Shown piece after piece: positions 63,333-64,000 of a stretch of 64,000 nucleotides of DNA. Numbering within the stretch: position 1 is the stretch's first letter; each line of letters opens with the position of its first letter. A program made the position numbers and the translations under genes. The notes beneath the pieces are model-generated. The model was not told where the DNA came from. It worked only from the letters and a program-made list of their open reading frames with translations, and did not search any database. This DNA comes from Mobula hypostoma (taxonomy: Eukaryota), in contig NC_086108.1 of the NCBI RefSeq assembly GCF_963921235.1, positions 54,996,001 through 55,060,000 of the forward strand. The letters run 5' to 3'.

Positions 63333-64000
63333 TTAAATACAAGTATAAAGCATGAAATAATTGCCTAAGTATTCACTCCCTTTAATATGACACACCAAAT
63401 CATCACTGGTGCAACCAATTGGCTTTAGAAGTCACATAATTAGTTAAATGGAGCTCTGATTTTGGAGACCTGTGTACAGTCAAGGCATTTGAATTGATTG
63501 TAGTAAAAATACACCTGTATCTGGAAGGTCCAACTGCTGGTGAGTCAGTATCCTGACAAAAGCTACACCATGAAGACAACAGCACACTCCAAACAACTCC
63601 ATGAAAATGTTATTGAAAAGCACAATAAATGGATACAAGGAAATATCCAAGTCACTGAATATCCCTTGGAGTACAATTAAGTCAATCATCAAGAAATGGA
63701 AAGAATATGGCACAGCTGTAAATCTGCTTAGAGCAGGCTGTCCTCAAACACTGAGTGACCATGCAAGAAGGGGACCAGTCAGGGAGGCCACCAGGAGACC
63801 TATAACAGCTCTGGCTTCAGTGGCTGAGATAGGAGAGACTGCACATACAACATCTGTAGCCCGAGTGTTTCACCAGTCACAGCTTTATGGGAGAGTGGCA
63901 AAGAGACAACCACTGCTGAGAAAAACTGACGTGAAATCTCAGCTAGAGTTTGCCAGAAGGCATGCGGGAGACTCTGAATTCATATGGAAGAAGGTTCTAT

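Larger units (their letters stand above)
62366..64000 (+). mobile_element. Tc1/mariner DNA transposon (left TIR and frame-shifted transposase N-terminus), running off the window
   Basis: TA|CACTGCC start. ATG at 63570: MKT..HSKQL..VIEKH / GYKEISKSLNIPWSTIKSIIKKWKEYGTAVNL.RAG.P..L (paired-type HTH). Confidence 0.85.

Overview
Vertebrate genomic DNA, most likely a cartilaginous fish (ray-like; inferred from the CR1/V-SINE/Penelope/Rex1 repeat mix). The window holds 12 consecutive + strand coding exons (9096-59515) of the leptin receptor gene LEPR, equivalent to human exons 5-16 (CRH1, Ig-like, CRH2 and FNIII ectodomain). Reading-frame phases match across all junctions, and several exon lengths equal the human ones as I recall them. 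The signal-peptide/N-terminal exons were not identified, and the TM/cytoplasmic exons are absent. The introns are packed with retroelements: CR1, Rex1/Babar-type, RTE, Penelope, SINEs, one Gypsy LTR element, plus Tc1 and hAT fragments. Top observation: the 2.8-kb Gypsy element (18894-21704, LTR pair, ACAGG target-site duplication) has lost RT/RNaseH/integrase core and carries instead an intronless, decayed copy of the host splicing-factor mRNA RBM25 (RRM region), fused in frame to the retroviral protease, i.e. LTR-mediated gene capture. Other points: minimal hammerhead-ribozyme motifs in Penelope ends, a probable GC-AG intron, a possible soluble (Ob-Re-like) LEPR isoform, an altered leptin-binding loop and WSXWS motif, a decayed exon duplicate and a promoter-like CpG patch. 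All homology calls are from memory of protein families; no database search was run.
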